The notes beneath the pieces were generated by a model, which worked only from the letters and a program-made list of their open reading frames with translations, ran no database searches and had not been told where the DNA came from. From positions 63,703 through 127,702 of the forward strand of contig CAZILW010000001.1 of the NCBI GenBank assembly GCA_964540285.1: a stretch of DNA of 64,000 bases. The letters are read 5' to 3'. A program made the position numbers and the translations under genes. Below are positions 26,149 through 36,094 of the stretch, piece after piece. Position 1 is the first letter of the stretch, and each line of letters begins with the position of its first letter. The stretch is from an uncultured Gammaproteobacteria bacterium (GTDB taxonomy: Bacteria; Patescibacteriota; Patescibacteriia; Patescibacteriales; UBA12465).

Positions 26149-26943
26149 TTACAGAGATAATCTAACGAACTTAGAAATAGAAGCGCCTTCTAGAATTTCT
26201 GATATTTTTTTCTTATCGTCCTTAATGTACTCTTGATCTAGTAAACAAATTTCTGAATAATATTTTTTTACTTTTCCTTGTAAAATATTTTCAATCATAT
26301 TCTCTGGTTTACCTTCTTTAATCAACTGCTCTCGATAAACATCTTTTTCTTTTTCCAATTCAGCGCTAGGAACCTCTTCACTGTTTAAATAACGAGGATT
26401 AGCAGCAGCAATATGCATGGCAATATCAGAAGCTAAATTAAATTTACCGACTTGATCAATAGCTACCAAAACACCAATTTTACCGCCTAAATGAGAATAA
26501 GAGGCAACTGTTTGCCCGGAAACAATTGAGAATCTGCCTAGAGCTAATTTTTCACCAATAACCCCACTAAGATTATTAATATTCTCCTCTACAGTAGAAT
26601 CACCTAATTTTGCTTTTAACAGCTCTTCCTCTGAACTTGGTTTATTTGTTTTTACGATCTCTAATATTTGCCTAGCTAGTTCTTGAAATTTTTCATTTCT
26701 AGCTACAAAATCAGTTTCAGAGTTTAATTCCAGGGCATAGGCTTCATTTTTTTCATCATTAGTTAAAACAACAATAATGCCTTCAGCAGCGTCTCTTTCA
26801 CTTCTTTTAGCAGCCTTAGCTATTCCCTTTTTTCTTAAAATTTCAATAGCCTTATCCAAATCACCACCGGCTTCATCTAGGGCTTTTTTACAGTCAACCA
26901 TTCCAGCACCAGTTCTCTCTCTCAATTCCTTTATTTGTTCCAT
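26149..26943 (-). CDS. tsf: Elongation factor Ts
   Basis: N-terminal UBA-like ELRERTGAGMVDCKKAL and EF-Ts dimerisation core. Confidence 0.9.
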   Translation of the reverse strand: MEQIKELRERTGAGMVDCKKALDEAGGDLDKAIEILRKKGIAKAAKRSERDAAEGIIVVLTNDEKNEAYALELNSETDFVARNEKFQELARQILEIVKTNKPSSEEELLKAKLGDSTVEENINNLSGVIGEKLALGRFSIVSGQTVASYSHLGGKIGVLVAIDQVGKFNLASDIAMHIAAANPRYLNSEEVPSAELEKEKDVYREQLIKEGKPENMIENILQGKVKKYYSEICLLDQEYIKDDKKKISEILEGASISKFVRLSL

Positions 26944-26965
26944 ATAATTAATAATTAATTATAAA

Positions 26966-27658
26966 TTAACTTAATTTAATATTTTTTGCATTTAAAAGAT
27001 TGTCTTTAATACAATCCAAAATCAATGTAACGGTTTTAGTGGCGTCATCATTAGCTGGTATTGGAAACTTAGCCAATTCAGGGTTAACATTTGTATCGCA
27101 AATAGCAATAATTGGAATGTTTTTAGAAATAGCCTCGGCTACAGCAGTCTTTTCTTCTTTTAAATCCCAAATAAAAATAGCATCGGGTAAACGAGTCAAT
27201 CCTGTCAAACCGCCAACTCTTTCTTCTAATCTCTTAATCTCTCTATCAAAATCTAATTGTTCTTTTTTAGTATATTTGGCTAATTTTCCGCTTTCCTTAT
27301 CATTTAATAAATCCTGATATTTTTTTATTGACTTTTTAATAACTAAAAAATTAGTTAAAAGGCCTCCCAACCACTTACCAATAATATAAGGAGATTTAAT
27401 AGCCTCAGCCATTTCTTTCATTTGAGATTTAACTTGCTTCTTGGTTCCAACAAAAAGAACGATCTTATCTTCTTGTTTTAATTTAATCATATACTCTAAG
27501 GCCTTTTTTAGTTGCTCTTGAGTTTTTTCAATGTTAATAATATAGATACCATTTTTTTTAGTAAAAATAAATGGTTCCATCTTTGGATGCCAGCGATTGG
27601 TTCTGTGACCAAAGTGCATACCAGCTTTTAACATTTCTTCCAGTTTTGGAATATTCAT
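26966..27658 (-). CDS. rpsB: 30S ribosomal protein S2
   Basis: MLKAGMHFGHRTNRWHPKM and full S2 fold. Confidence 0.95.
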   Translation of the reverse strand: MNIPKLEEMLKAGMHFGHRTNRWHPKMEPFIFTKKNGIYIINIEKTQEQLKKALEYMIKLKQEDKIVLFVGTKKQVKSQMKEMAEAIKSPYIIGKWLGGLLTNFLVIKKSIKKYQDLLNDKESGKLAKYTKKEQLDFDREIKRLEERVGGLTGLTRLPDAIFIWDLKEEKTAVAEAISKNIPIIAICDTNVNPELAKFPIPANDDATKTVTLILDCIKDNLLNAKNIKLS

Positions 27659-27845
27659 ATTTTTCTTTTTTGGTTTATTAATATTGATAATTCAAATATT
27701 AACAAACTCCTACTGCTTTCTATATTTATAAGAAAAATGCAGAAAGCATGATTTTTTAAATTATAAAAATGCTCAAAACAGGTAGTTTTAAGCCTATTTT
27801 AATTATATATTATTTTATATTTTGAGTCAATATTAAAAGAATCTA

Positions 27846-28577
27846 TCAAAAATTTAAATAAGTCAATTTTTTTCTTATAAAACCTTGAAAGTTTTTGTTT
27901 ATTTCCAGGTTTAATAAACAATAAAAATCGCTCTTTTTTATAAAATTTTTCAAAATTAATAAGTCTTTGCTTATTTTTAAGTTATTATCTTTGTTTAAAG
28001 ATTTATTGAAAAGCTCTCTATTAAAACAGCTATTACAAACAACCCCTCCCTTATCAAAATTAATAAAATCTAAATTATCCACACATCCACAATCAACACA
28101 TTCAGATACCTGATAGGAATAACCCAACACTTCAAGCAATTTAAATTTAAAAATATCACTCAAAAAATCAAGTTCTTTTAGATTTTTATTTTTAATAAGT
28201 TTAGCCGAATCATTAATCATCTTTAAAAAATTATTTAAAAAAATAAAAAGATCAAAATCTGCTTGCCCCTCTTTCACATACTGATTAAAAAAATTTAAAA
28301 TCTTACCACTTAAAAAAAGTGAATTATAGTCATTTTTTAAGTTCAAAAAAGAGTCTTGGCTAATAACACTACCAACACTTAAACCATTTTTATTTTTAAT
28401 TATCATTAAATCTACAAAATTAAAAGGTTCAAGATGGGCTACCAACTTAGATCCCTGTTTTCTGGCTCCTCTAGCGCTTAAGACAAGTTTTCCAAAATCT
28501 AAAGTATAAAAAAAAATCAAAGCATCATTATCTTTGTATGGCAGTCTGTTTAATATTATAGCTTTTGTTCTTATCAT
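27846..28577 (-). CDS. recO: DNA repair protein RecO
   Basis: N-terminal OB-fold start MIRTKAIIL and C-terminal zinc motif CVDCGC ... CNSC. Confidence 0.7.
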   Translation of the reverse strand: MIRTKAIILNRLPYKDNDALIFFYTLDFGKLVLSARGARKQGSKLVAHLEPFNFVDLMIIKNKNGLSVGSVISQDSFLNLKNDYNSLFLSGKILNFFNQYVKEGQADFDLFIFLNNFLKMINDSAKLIKNKNLKELDFLSDIFKFKLLEVLGYSYQVSECVDCGCVDNLDFINFDKGGVVCNSCFNRELFNKSLNKDNNLKISKDLLILKNFIKKSDFYCLLNLEINKNFQGFIRKKLTYLNF

Positions 28578-28954
28578 TTTCTATCTAAATAAGATTGAAG
28601 AATTATCATGGCAGACAAAGAATCTCTGTTATTATTTATTTTTTTATTCATTATAGAGTCCGCTTGAACGCTGGAAAGCCTTTCATCAATTAAAACCACC
28701 CTAATCTCATCTCTATTAATATTATTTTCAATAAAGTTAATAAACCTTAAAAAATTGGGATTATCAGTATCTTTTCCGCTCATTTTTTTTGGATTTCCGA
28801 TAACTAAAAAATTTATTTTTTCATCACTTACGACTTTAAGCAATGCAGATGGACTAGAAACAACCTTAAAAGGAGTGGAAATTCCATTTTCACTATCAGC
28901 TAGGGCCAAGCCTATTCTTTTTTCACCCCAATCAACACCTAAATATTTAATCAT
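28574..28954 (-). CDS. ruvX: Holliday-junction resolvase-like RuvX/YqgF
   Basis: MIKYLGVDWGEKRIGLALAD RNase H-like start; 126 aa. Confidence 0.85.
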   Translation of the reverse strand: MIKYLGVDWGEKRIGLALADSENGISTPFKVVSSPSALLKVVSDEKINFLVIGNPKKMSGKDTDNPNFLRFINFIENNINRDEIRVVLIDERLSSVQADSIMNKKINNNRDSLSAMIILQSYLDRK

Positions 28955-29784
28955 TTTTCAGTTAAAATTATATTGCCATCTTCAATAATGGCAATTGAAT
29001 GCTCGTAATGAGAACTTAAGGATCCATCGGAGGTTATAAAAGTATATGTATTTTTAGCCACCTTAATATTAAATTTACCAGCATTAATCATTGGTTCAAT
29101 AGCTATAACCATCCCAGGTCTTAAAACTAAATTTTCGCTACTTTTTTCTCCTATCTCGTAATTAAAAACATGGGGCTCCTCATGAGCCTTATAACCAACA
29201 CCATGACCAACTAAATCTCTAACAACACTAAAGCCATTTTTAACAACAAAACCCTCTATTGCCTTACCAATATCATTTAAAGTTGCTCCCGGCTTAGCCT
29301 TGCTTATTCCCAAATACAGAGCATCTTTTGATATTTTAATTAATTTAGTAGCATCTTTTGATATCTTACCCACAGGAACTGTTCGACACATATCAGTATA
29401 AAAACCACCACCCTTAGAAAGGTGATTAAATGGTCGATTGTTTTTTTTAGCTTCTTCCTTGCTCTGAATTGGCCATTCCATTCCAATATCTAGCCCAACT
29501 ATATCGCCTGATTTTAAAACTCTATTTGGCAAAGCCGCCCCATGAACAACCTCATTGTTTATAGAGACACAAAGAGTTGATGGAAAAAAAATTTTACCTC
29601 CCATTGGGTAATTTTTAAAGGCTGGACGACCGCCTTTTAACTCAATCAAAGATGTGGCTAGGTTTTCTAAATCCTCTGATTTAACACCAGGTTTAACTAT
29701 TTTACAAACCTCATCTAAAACTTCCGAGAGGATTTCACCCCCCCTTTTTAATATTTTTATCTCTTCTAAAGTCTTAAGTTTCAT
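28951..29784 (-). CDS. map: Methionine aminopeptidase type I
   Basis: Metal ligands in DIGMEW ... HGVGYKAHEEP ... IEPMIN. Confidence 0.9.
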   Translation of the reverse strand: MKLKTLEEIKILKRGGEILSEVLDEVCKIVKPGVKSEDLENLATSLIELKGGRPAFKNYPMGGKIFFPSTLCVSINNEVVHGAALPNRVLKSGDIVGLDIGMEWPIQSKEEAKKNNRPFNHLSKGGGFYTDMCRTVPVGKISKDATKLIKISKDALYLGISKAKPGATLNDIGKAIEGFVVKNGFSVVRDLVGHGVGYKAHEEPHVFNYEIGEKSSENLVLRPGMVIAIEPMINAGKFNIKVAKNTYTFITSDGSLSSHYEHSIAIIEDGNIILTEK

Positions 29785-29790
29785 TATTTT

Positions 29791-30078
29791 TTACTTATAA
29801 TTTTCTAAAATTTTTTTAAAATTTCTAGTATCTTGCTTGGTCGTTTTTGGATCTTTATCAAACTCTCTTAAGGCAGAAACTCTAGTTGAAAGTGGTATTT
29901 TACCATTATCTTTAATGGTTTTACTTAATTTTTCAAAAATTTTTATAGCCAGCTCTTTATTATTTTTTAATCCTGAAAACTGACCATATCTAACCATACT
30001 AGAAAACTTTCTAGAAAAACCACCACTACCACTCATTTTGAAAGAATGTCCAGTTGTTGGCAATTTTTTAGATAGCAT
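29791..30078 (-). CDS. Hypothetical protein (95 aa) occupying the position where adk/infA usually lie
   Basis: ORF between secY and map; no recognisable motif. Confidence 0.4.
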   Translation of the reverse strand: MLSKKLPTTGHSFKMSGSGGFSRKFSSMVRYGQFSGLKNNKELAIKIFEKLSKTIKDNGKIPLSTRVSALREFDKDPKTTKQDTRNFKKILENYK

Positions 30079-30124
30079 AAGAAATAGTCATTAAGTATTA
30101 TGCTGTTATTATACTAAAATGACA

Positions 30125-30160
30125 ACAAAAAAACAAGGAAGTTGTCCTTGTTTTTTCTAT
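30125..30160 (-). terminator. Rho-independent terminator after secY
   Basis: caagga-agttg-tccttg hairpin with U7 tail on the minus strand, 10-40 nt 3' of the secY stop. Confidence 0.65.
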
Positions 30161-30171
30161 TTTTGAAAGAA

Positions 30172-31440
30172 TTAAATACTATCGTAATCTCTCATGGTTA
30201 TCTGAGACTCAATTTGCTTAACCGTTTCAATAACAACCGAAACAACGATCAACATACTAGTTCCACCAATAGCCAATGTTTGCATGCCAGTAAAATATTT
30301 CATAAGTAACGGCAATACAGCAATAACACCTAAAAACAAAGAACCTGTTAACAATATACGTCTACTAATGCCTTGTAAATATTCACTGGTATGTCTACCT
30401 GGTCTAATTCCAGGAATAAATCCTCCTTGTTTTTGTAAGTTTTCAGCTATTTGGTCTGGCTTAAATACTATTTCAGTGTAAAAATAAGTAAAGCCAACAA
30501 CTAAAATAAAATAGAATATACCATAAAATAATTGATTTTCAAAAACCTTTATTATCCAGGTTGAAGCATTAGCCAAAATAGCATATTTAGAAGATACAAA
30601 AAATTGAGCAATCATTGTTGGAAAAACAATAATAGAAATAGCAAAGATAATCGGGATAACGCCAGCTGTATTTACTCTTAAAGGTAGATGAGTGCTAGTT
30701 CCACCAAAAGCTCTATTACCCCTTATTTGTCTAGCGTACTGAACCGGAATATTTCTTTGACCTTCGTTAATAATAACTATTCCAACGATTGTTATTAAGG
30801 TTATAAAAATAAAACCTAAAAGCATAAACAACTGAGACTGGTCAAAAGTAAATATTATTCTTTGAAGACCAGTTGGCAAACCAGCTATAATTCCAGCAAA
30901 TATCAAAAGAGAGATTCCATTGCCAATTTTCTTTTCCGAAATAAGCTCTCCAATCCACATCAAAAATATAGTACCAGCTGTTATAGTTATAATAATAGTT
31001 AATAAGTCAAAATAACCTCCACTTAAAATTCCAGCTCCAGAACTATTAAGCAATTTAATCATTCCGTAAGCCTGAATCATAGCTAAAGGAACAGTCCCTA
31101 GTCTAGTCCAGGTATTTATCTTTTGACGACCAGCCTCTTCTTTTTGCATCTCTTCTAGTTTAGGTGATATCATTCCCAGTAACTGAAAAATGATAGATGA
31201 AGTGATATAAGGAGCTATACCCATCATAACTATTGAAAAGTTGTCCATACTACCACCAGAAAAGACGTTTAGCATTCCTAAAAACTGATTTGAAGAAAAA
31301 ATATCTCTTAAAACTTCAACATTAACACCAGGAACTGGGATGTGAGCAAAAAGTCTGAAAAAAGTTAACATTAACAAAACAAAAAGTATATTGTTTCTTA
31401 AATCTCTAATTTTCCAAATTTTTGTTATTTTATCAAACAT
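30172..31440 (-). CDS. secY: Preprotein translocase subunit SecY
   Basis: 10-TM SecY with conserved plug and TM motifs; 422 aa. Confidence 0.95.
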   Translation of the reverse strand: MFDKITKIWKIRDLRNNILFVLLMLTFFRLFAHIPVPGVNVEVLRDIFSSNQFLGMLNVFSGGSMDNFSIVMMGIAPYITSSIIFQLLGMISPKLEEMQKEEAGRQKINTWTRLGTVPLAMIQAYGMIKLLNSSGAGILSGGYFDLLTIIITITAGTIFLMWIGELISEKKIGNGISLLIFAGIIAGLPTGLQRIIFTFDQSQLFMLLGFIFITLITIVGIVIINEGQRNIPVQYARQIRGNRAFGGTSTHLPLRVNTAGVIPIIFAISIIVFPTMIAQFFVSSKYAILANASTWIIKVFENQLFYGIFYFILVVGFTYFYTEIVFKPDQIAENLQKQGGFIPGIRPGRHTSEYLQGISRRILLTGSLFLGVIAVLPLLMKYFTGMQTLAIGGTSMLIVVSVVIETVKQIESQITMRDYDSI

Positions 31441-31448
31441 ATTTTATA

Positions 31449-31874
31449 TTATTTTTCTAATGTTTTTTTTACACTCTCGCTCATTTTAATGTTTTCAAAC
31501 TTTAAACCTTTAACAGTTAAAACATCCTTGCCCAAAACTTTAACTGACTGATTTTTCTTGGAAATAAGCTTTTTAGTAAATAAAGTTTCTGGACTAACAG
31601 TTTCATTGTCTTTAAAATTATCATTAATAGCTTTAATACTAACAACTTGATTTTTGTCATTTAAAGATTTAAACCCTCTAGTCTTTGGAATTTTTAAAAG
31701 ATTTTGCTTCATACCCAATCTTTTTAATTTTCCACGACTAACACCAGAACGAGATTTTTGACCTTTTAAACCGCGCCCGCTATAAGTACCTGAACCAGAA
31801 GAATTACCTCTACCAATTCTCCTTTTCTTTTTCATAGTACCGCTTCCTTTTTTTATATTATCTAGTGTAATCAT
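31449..31874 (-). CDS. rplO: 50S ribosomal protein L15
   Basis: KKKRRIGRGNSSGSGTYSGRGLKGQKSRSG. Confidence 0.9.
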   Translation of the reverse strand: MITLDNIKKGSGTMKKKRRIGRGNSSGSGTYSGRGLKGQKSRSGVSRGKLKRLGMKQNLLKIPKTRGFKSLNDKNQVVSIKAINDNFKDNETVSPETLFTKKLISKKNQSVKVLGKDVLTVKGLKFENIKMSESVKKTLEK

Positions 31875-31894
31875 ATCTTTTATAAAAATTATTT

Positions 31895-32554
31895 TTATTT
31901 TTTGGATTTAATTTCTTTTTTTTCTGTTTTTTCTAAAGATTTTACATCATTTACATTATTTTTTTCAACACCCTTTTTAGGAACAAAAGTTTTTCTTTTT
32001 AATTTTGAAAAAGCTAGAATTGTACATTTAGCATTATTTACTTTATTGTTTGTTCCTAAAATTTTACTAGTAACATTTTTAACTCCAGCCAAATCCATAA
32101 TAACTCTTACAACTCCTCCAGCGATAACACCTCTTCCCTTAGCAGCTGGTTTAAACAACAGTTTAGCTGATCCAAATTTAGAATCTATTTGATGAGGGAT
32201 GGTGTCATTATAAATAGGAACTTCTAATATATTCTTTTTAGCCTTATTAACAGCCTTATTAACAGCTAATGTTACATCAGCTCCCTTACCCAAAGCAACT
32301 GCGATTCTACCCTTTTTATCACCAATAGCTACACAAGCTCTAAAACTCATTCTTTTTCCACCCTTCATAACCCTGGTTACACGAGCTAAGTCTAAAATTC
32401 TCTGTTCAAACTCTTCTTTTGGTCTTTCTCCAAATCTTTTTCCTCGACCAGCAAAATCCTTTTTCTTTTTATTAAAAGCAGGATTATTAAAAGGCTTTTC
32501 AATAGTTGAAGTATTTACCTGTTTTTTTTCTTCTTGTTTTTTTTCTTCCGACAT
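31895..32554 (-). CDS. rpsE: 30S ribosomal protein S5 (with about 45-aa N-terminal Lys/Glu extension)
   Basis: dsRBD and S5 C-terminal domain sequence RVTRVMKGGKRMSFRACVAIGD...GRGVIAGGVVRVIMDLAGV. Directly abuts rplO, so no L30 gene is present. Confidence 0.95.
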   Translation of the reverse strand: MSEEKKQEEKKQVNTSTIEKPFNNPAFNKKKKDFAGRGKRFGERPKEEFEQRILDLARVTRVMKGGKRMSFRACVAIGDKKGRIAVALGKGADVTLAVNKAVNKAKKNILEVPIYNDTIPHQIDSKFGSAKLLFKPAAKGRGVIAGGVVRVIMDLAGVKNVTSKILGTNNKVNNAKCTILAFSKLKRKTFVPKKGVEKNNVNDVKSLEKTEKKEIKSKK

Positions 32555-32588
32555 AATATTTAAAAACTTATATATAAATAAATTATAA

Positions 32589-32948
32589 TTAAAACTTCAA
32601 CCCAGCTTCACGAGCGCCATCAGCCACAGCCTTAACTCTTCCGTGATATTTGTAACCACCACGATCAAAAACCGCCTCTGAAATATTAGCTTTAACGGCC
32701 TTTTCTCCTAGAAGCTTACCTAACTGAAAGCTTTTTTCAACTTTTTTCATTTTACTAGAATCTTTTAACTCCTTAGAATTAACACTAAATAATGTCTTAC
32801 CACTAACATCGTCTATTAATTGCAAATAAACTCCAATATTAGATTTAAAAACACTTAGTCTTGGCTTACTAGAAGTACCATTAATCTTCATTCTGATTTT
32901 TTTATGTCTTCTGGCTAATTTATTTTTTATTTCTTTCTGCTTATTCAT
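32589..32948 (-). CDS. rplR: 50S ribosomal protein L18
   Basis: PRLSVFKSNIGVYLQLIDD...GGYKYHGRVKAVADGAREAGLKF. Confidence 0.95.
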   Translation of the reverse strand: MNKQKEIKNKLARRHKKIRMKINGTSSKPRLSVFKSNIGVYLQLIDDVSGKTLFSVNSKELKDSSKMKKVEKSFQLGKLLGEKAVKANISEAVFDRGGYKYHGRVKAVADGAREAGLKF

Positions 32949-32981
32949 ATGTAAAAAATTTATTTATAAATATTATTAAAA

Positions 32982-33521
32982 TTATTTAGCAGCAGCTTTA
33001 CCAGCTTTTCTTCTAATAACCTCATCACTATATTTAATACCCTTTCCTTTGTATGGCTCTGGTAATCTTAATTTTCTAATTTGAGCAGCAACCTCTCCAA
33101 CTAACTGCTTATCAATACCACTAATAGTCAAACTATTACCCTCAACAACAGCTGAAATGCCCTGAGGTAGAGGAAATTCTATTGGATGAGAAAAGCCCAA
33201 GCTAAGATTTATTTTATTTCCAGCAACAACCATCTTATAACCAACACCCTTGAATTCTAATTTTTTTTCAAAGCCATCATTAACACCTGTGACCATATTG
33301 TTTACTAAAGCCCTATACAAACCCCATAAAGATTTCTCCTTTTTGTTTTCTGGGTTAGAGACCTTAACTAAAATTTCCCCATCAACAACTTCAAGTTTAA
33401 CCTCTTTTAAGAAGTTTGTTTTTAATTCACCTTTTGGTCCCTTGATGGTTATTGTTCTATTTTCGATTTTAACATCAGTTCCGCTTGGTATTTTGATTGC
33501 TAATTTTCCTAGTCTTGACAT
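32982..33521 (-). CDS. rplF: 50S ribosomal protein L6
   Basis: Two-domain L6 sequence MSRLGKLAIKIPSG...GKGIKYSDE. Confidence 0.95.
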   Translation of the reverse strand: MSRLGKLAIKIPSGTDVKIENRTITIKGPKGELKTNFLKEVKLEVVDGEILVKVSNPENKKEKSLWGLYRALVNNMVTGVNDGFEKKLEFKGVGYKMVVAGNKINLSLGFSHPIEFPLPQGISAVVEGNSLTISGIDKQLVGEVAAQIRKLRLPEPYKGKGIKYSDEVIRRKAGKAAAK

Positions 33522-33579
33522 AATAATGGTATTATAATTTTAAAATTAAAAATAATTTTAAAAGCATCTATCTTAAAAA

Positions 33580-33999
33580 TTAATAAATTTCACAAATAAA
33601 TTCTCCACCAATCTTATTTTTTCTGGCCTCCATATTGGTCATTAAGCCCTTAGATGTAGAAATTATAGCCAAACCAAAACCATTCAAAATAGTTGGGATA
33701 TTATCTTTATCAATATAAACTCTCCTTCCTGGTTTGCTTATTCTTTTTAGAGAACTTACTCTTGGTCGACCGTCAGCTTCATACTTCAAAACTAATCTGA
33801 TTTGATCAAATTTTGAACTTTTGTTTTTTTGTAAATCTTGCCCACCCTTAATTATTTCAGCCTTGCTTATAAAACCCTCTTTTTCTAATATTTTAGCAAT
33901 ATTAAATTTTATTTTGCTCATTGGCAAAAAAACATCTGCCTTTCTTACGGTAGAGGCGTTTCTAATTCTGGTTAGCATGTCTGCGATTGGATCTATCAT
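33580..33999 (-). CDS. rpsH: 30S ribosomal protein S8
   Basis: MIDPIADMLTRIRNA start. Confidence 0.95.
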   Translation of the reverse strand: MIDPIADMLTRIRNASTVRKADVFLPMSKIKFNIAKILEKEGFISKAEIIKGGQDLQKNKSSKFDQIRLVLKYEADGRPRVSSLKRISKPGRRVYIDKDNIPTILNGFGLAIISTSKGLMTNMEARKNKIGGEFICEIY

Positions 34000-34044
34000 A
34001 ATATTTTAATTAAATAAAAGTATATAATTTAATAAATAGTTGGA

Positions 34045-34230
34045 TTACCAACTTGCTTTTTTAATTCCTGGTAAATCTCCGTTATCAGCTAATTCCCTAA
34101 AGCAAATACGACATAAATCAAAATCTCTCATATACCCCCTATTTCTACCACATCGCCAACATCGATTTATCTTTCTAGTTGAAAATTTTGCTTGTCTTTT
34201 AGCTTTTACAATTAATGCTTGTCTAGCCAT
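34045..34230 (-). CDS. rpsZ: 30S ribosomal protein S14, type Z (zinc-binding)
   Basis: 61 aa with CWRCGR ... CRICFRE. Confidence 0.95.
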   Translation of the reverse strand: MARQALIVKAKRQAKFSTRKINRCWRCGRNRGYMRDFDLCRICFRELADNGDLPGIKKASW

Positions 34231-34244
34231 ATAAATATTTTTAA

Positions 34245-34799
34245 TTATTTTTTATTACCTTCCTCTTTTTTAAAAGGAAAACCAAACATTCTGAATAACT
34301 CTAAACCTTCTGCTTTATTTTTAGCACTTGAATCAACTATAACCTCTAATCCGTGAATATTATTAATATCATCAACTTTTACCTCTGGAAAGGCGGTGTT
34401 TTCTTTAAAACCAATAGTCAAATTACCCTGCTTGTCAACTGAAGTTTCAGATATACCTCTAAAATCTCTCACCCTGGGAAAGCTAACATTAAGCAATTTT
34501 TCCAAAAAATGATACATTCTCTCTCCTCTAAGAGTAACCATTATTCCAATAATCATACCCTCTCTAACCTTAAATGAAGAAATTGATTTTTTGGCTTTTG
34601 TAAAAACTGGCTTCTGTCCAGAAATTTTAAGTAAAGTTTTTTCAATATTATCAATATAATCTTTATCTTTTACTCTTCTACCAAAACCAACATTAATAAC
34701 AACTTTTTTTATTTTAGGAACTAAAAGCCCGTTAGAATAATTAAATTTCTCTTTTAAAGCTGGGACTATTTCTTTTTGATATTTTTCTTTTAAACTCAT
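34245..34799 (-). CDS. rplE: 50S ribosomal protein L5
   Basis: L5 N- and C-domains. Confidence 0.95.
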   Translation of the reverse strand: MSLKEKYQKEIVPALKEKFNYSNGLLVPKIKKVVINVGFGRRVKDKDYIDNIEKTLLKISGQKPVFTKAKKSISSFKVREGMIIGIMVTLRGERMYHFLEKLLNVSFPRVRDFRGISETSVDKQGNLTIGFKENTAFPEVKVDDINNIHGLEVIVDSSAKNKAEGLELFRMFGFPFKKEEGNKK

Positions 34800-34822
34800 A
34801 CTATTATTTTAATATATTTTAA

Positions 34823-35149
34823 TTAATCTATAGTTTCGCCACACTTCTTGCAAACTCTAAACTTTTTAGAAACAGAATCAACTCCTTTTTCTCCTAATTT
34901 ATAAGAAACTCTTGTATTTTTTCCACATTTAGGGCAAATTAAAGCAACATTTGAAATATTAATTAAACCAGGAAATTCAATTCTTTGTCCTTTTTCTCCT
35001 TGTTTTTGTGGTCTTAAATGTTTAATTAAAATATTCAAGCCTTCAACACTAACCCTTCCATCCTTAGGAAATATTTGTAAAACCTTGCCTGTCTTACCGC
35101 TGTCTTTACCGGCTAATATTTTAACTTTGTCTCCTTTTTTTATCTTCAT
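34823..35149 (-). CDS. rplX: 50S ribosomal protein L24 (with C-terminal CxxC...CxxC motif)
   Basis: KOW motif KKGDKVKILAGKDSGKTGKV. The C-terminus carries CPKCGK...CKKCGE where B. subtilis L24 has no Cys. Confidence 0.95.
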   Translation of the reverse strand: MKIKKGDKVKILAGKDSGKTGKVLQIFPKDGRVSVEGLNILIKHLRPQKQGEKGQRIEFPGLINISNVALICPKCGKNTRVSYKLGEKGVDSVSKKFRVCKKCGETID

Positions 35150-35176
35150 ATCAAAAAATTTAATTTAATAAATCAA

Positions 35177-35548
35177 TTATAAAACCTCTGGGGCTAAAGA
35201 AGCTATTTTAGTAAAACCAGCTCTTCTAACTTCCCTGGCCACTGGACCAAAAATACGAGTTCCCTTTGGCTCTTTTTTTTCCTTATCAATAATAACACAA
35301 GCATTGTCATCAAATCTTAAGTAAGTGCCATCCTTTCTTCTGACCTCTTTTTTTGTTCTAACAATAACAGCCTTAACCACATCACTTTTTTTAATAGGCA
35401 TGTGGGGGTTGACTGATTTAACAGTAGCCACAATAATATCACCAACAGTGGCGTATCTTTTTTTGTAACCACCCAAAACCCTAATACACAAAACTTCTTT
35501 AGCTCCGGTATTATCAGCAACTTTTAATCGACTTTCTACTTGTATCAT
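35177..35548 (-). CDS. rplN: 50S ribosomal protein L14
   Basis: [17 protein letters not shown] start, internal to the longer ORF. Confidence 0.95.
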   Translation of the reverse strand: MIQVESRLKVADNTGAKEVLCIRVLGGYKKRYATVGDIIVATVKSVNPHMPIKKSDVVKAVIVRTKKEVRRKDGTYLRFDDNACVIIDKEKKEPKGTRIFGPVAREVRRAGFTKIASLAPEVL

Positions 35549-35578
35549 ATATTTAATATTTAAAAACAATTAAAATTA

Positions 35579-35836
35579 TTAACTATAAATTACTCTCCAT
35601 TTTTTATCCTTGCTAATCGGACGACATTCTACAAACACAACCTTGTCACCAATTTTAAATTTATTCTCCTCATCGTGAACTTTATATTTCTTACTAGAAA
35701 CATATCTTTTCTGATATTTTTTATTGATTTTAGCAATATCAACAGAAACGACAATTGTTTTGTCAGATTTATCACTAACAACAACTCCTGAGAATTTTTT
35801 TCTAATAATTTTTTTAACTTCTTTTTTATTTTCCAT
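35579..35836 (-). CDS. rpsQ: 30S ribosomal protein S17
   Basis: OB-fold S17 sequence. Confidence 0.9.
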   Translation of the reverse strand: MENKKEVKKIIRKKFSGVVVSDKSDKTIVVSVDIAKINKKYQKRYVSSKKYKVHDEENKFKIGDKVVFVECRPISKDKKWRVIYS

Positions 35837-35843
35837 ATTATTT

Positions 35844-36071
35844 TTATTTATTCTCTTCTTTTTTATTATTTTCTAAATCAATAGAGTTTTTGCCAGAGTT
35901 TAGAAGTGTCAAAACTTGAGCCACATTTTTTCTAATATTCCTAATTTCTCTAATATTCTTTAATTGACGATTAGAATCCTTAAATCTAAGCTCTCTTAAT
36001 TCTTCTCTCCATTTAGCAAGCAAAGAATGAAGTTCAGATTCTTTTTTAGTTTTTAATTCTTTTAAATCCAT
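35844..36071 (-). CDS. rpmC: 50S ribosomal protein L29
   Basis: MDLKELKTKKESELHSLLAKWREELRELRFK. Confidence 0.9.
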   Translation of the reverse strand: MDLKELKTKKESELHSLLAKWREELRELRFKDSNRQLKNIREIRNIRKNVAQVLTLLNSGKNSIDLENNKKEENK

Positions 36072-36094
36072 ATTTTAATTATTTATTTTTATAA

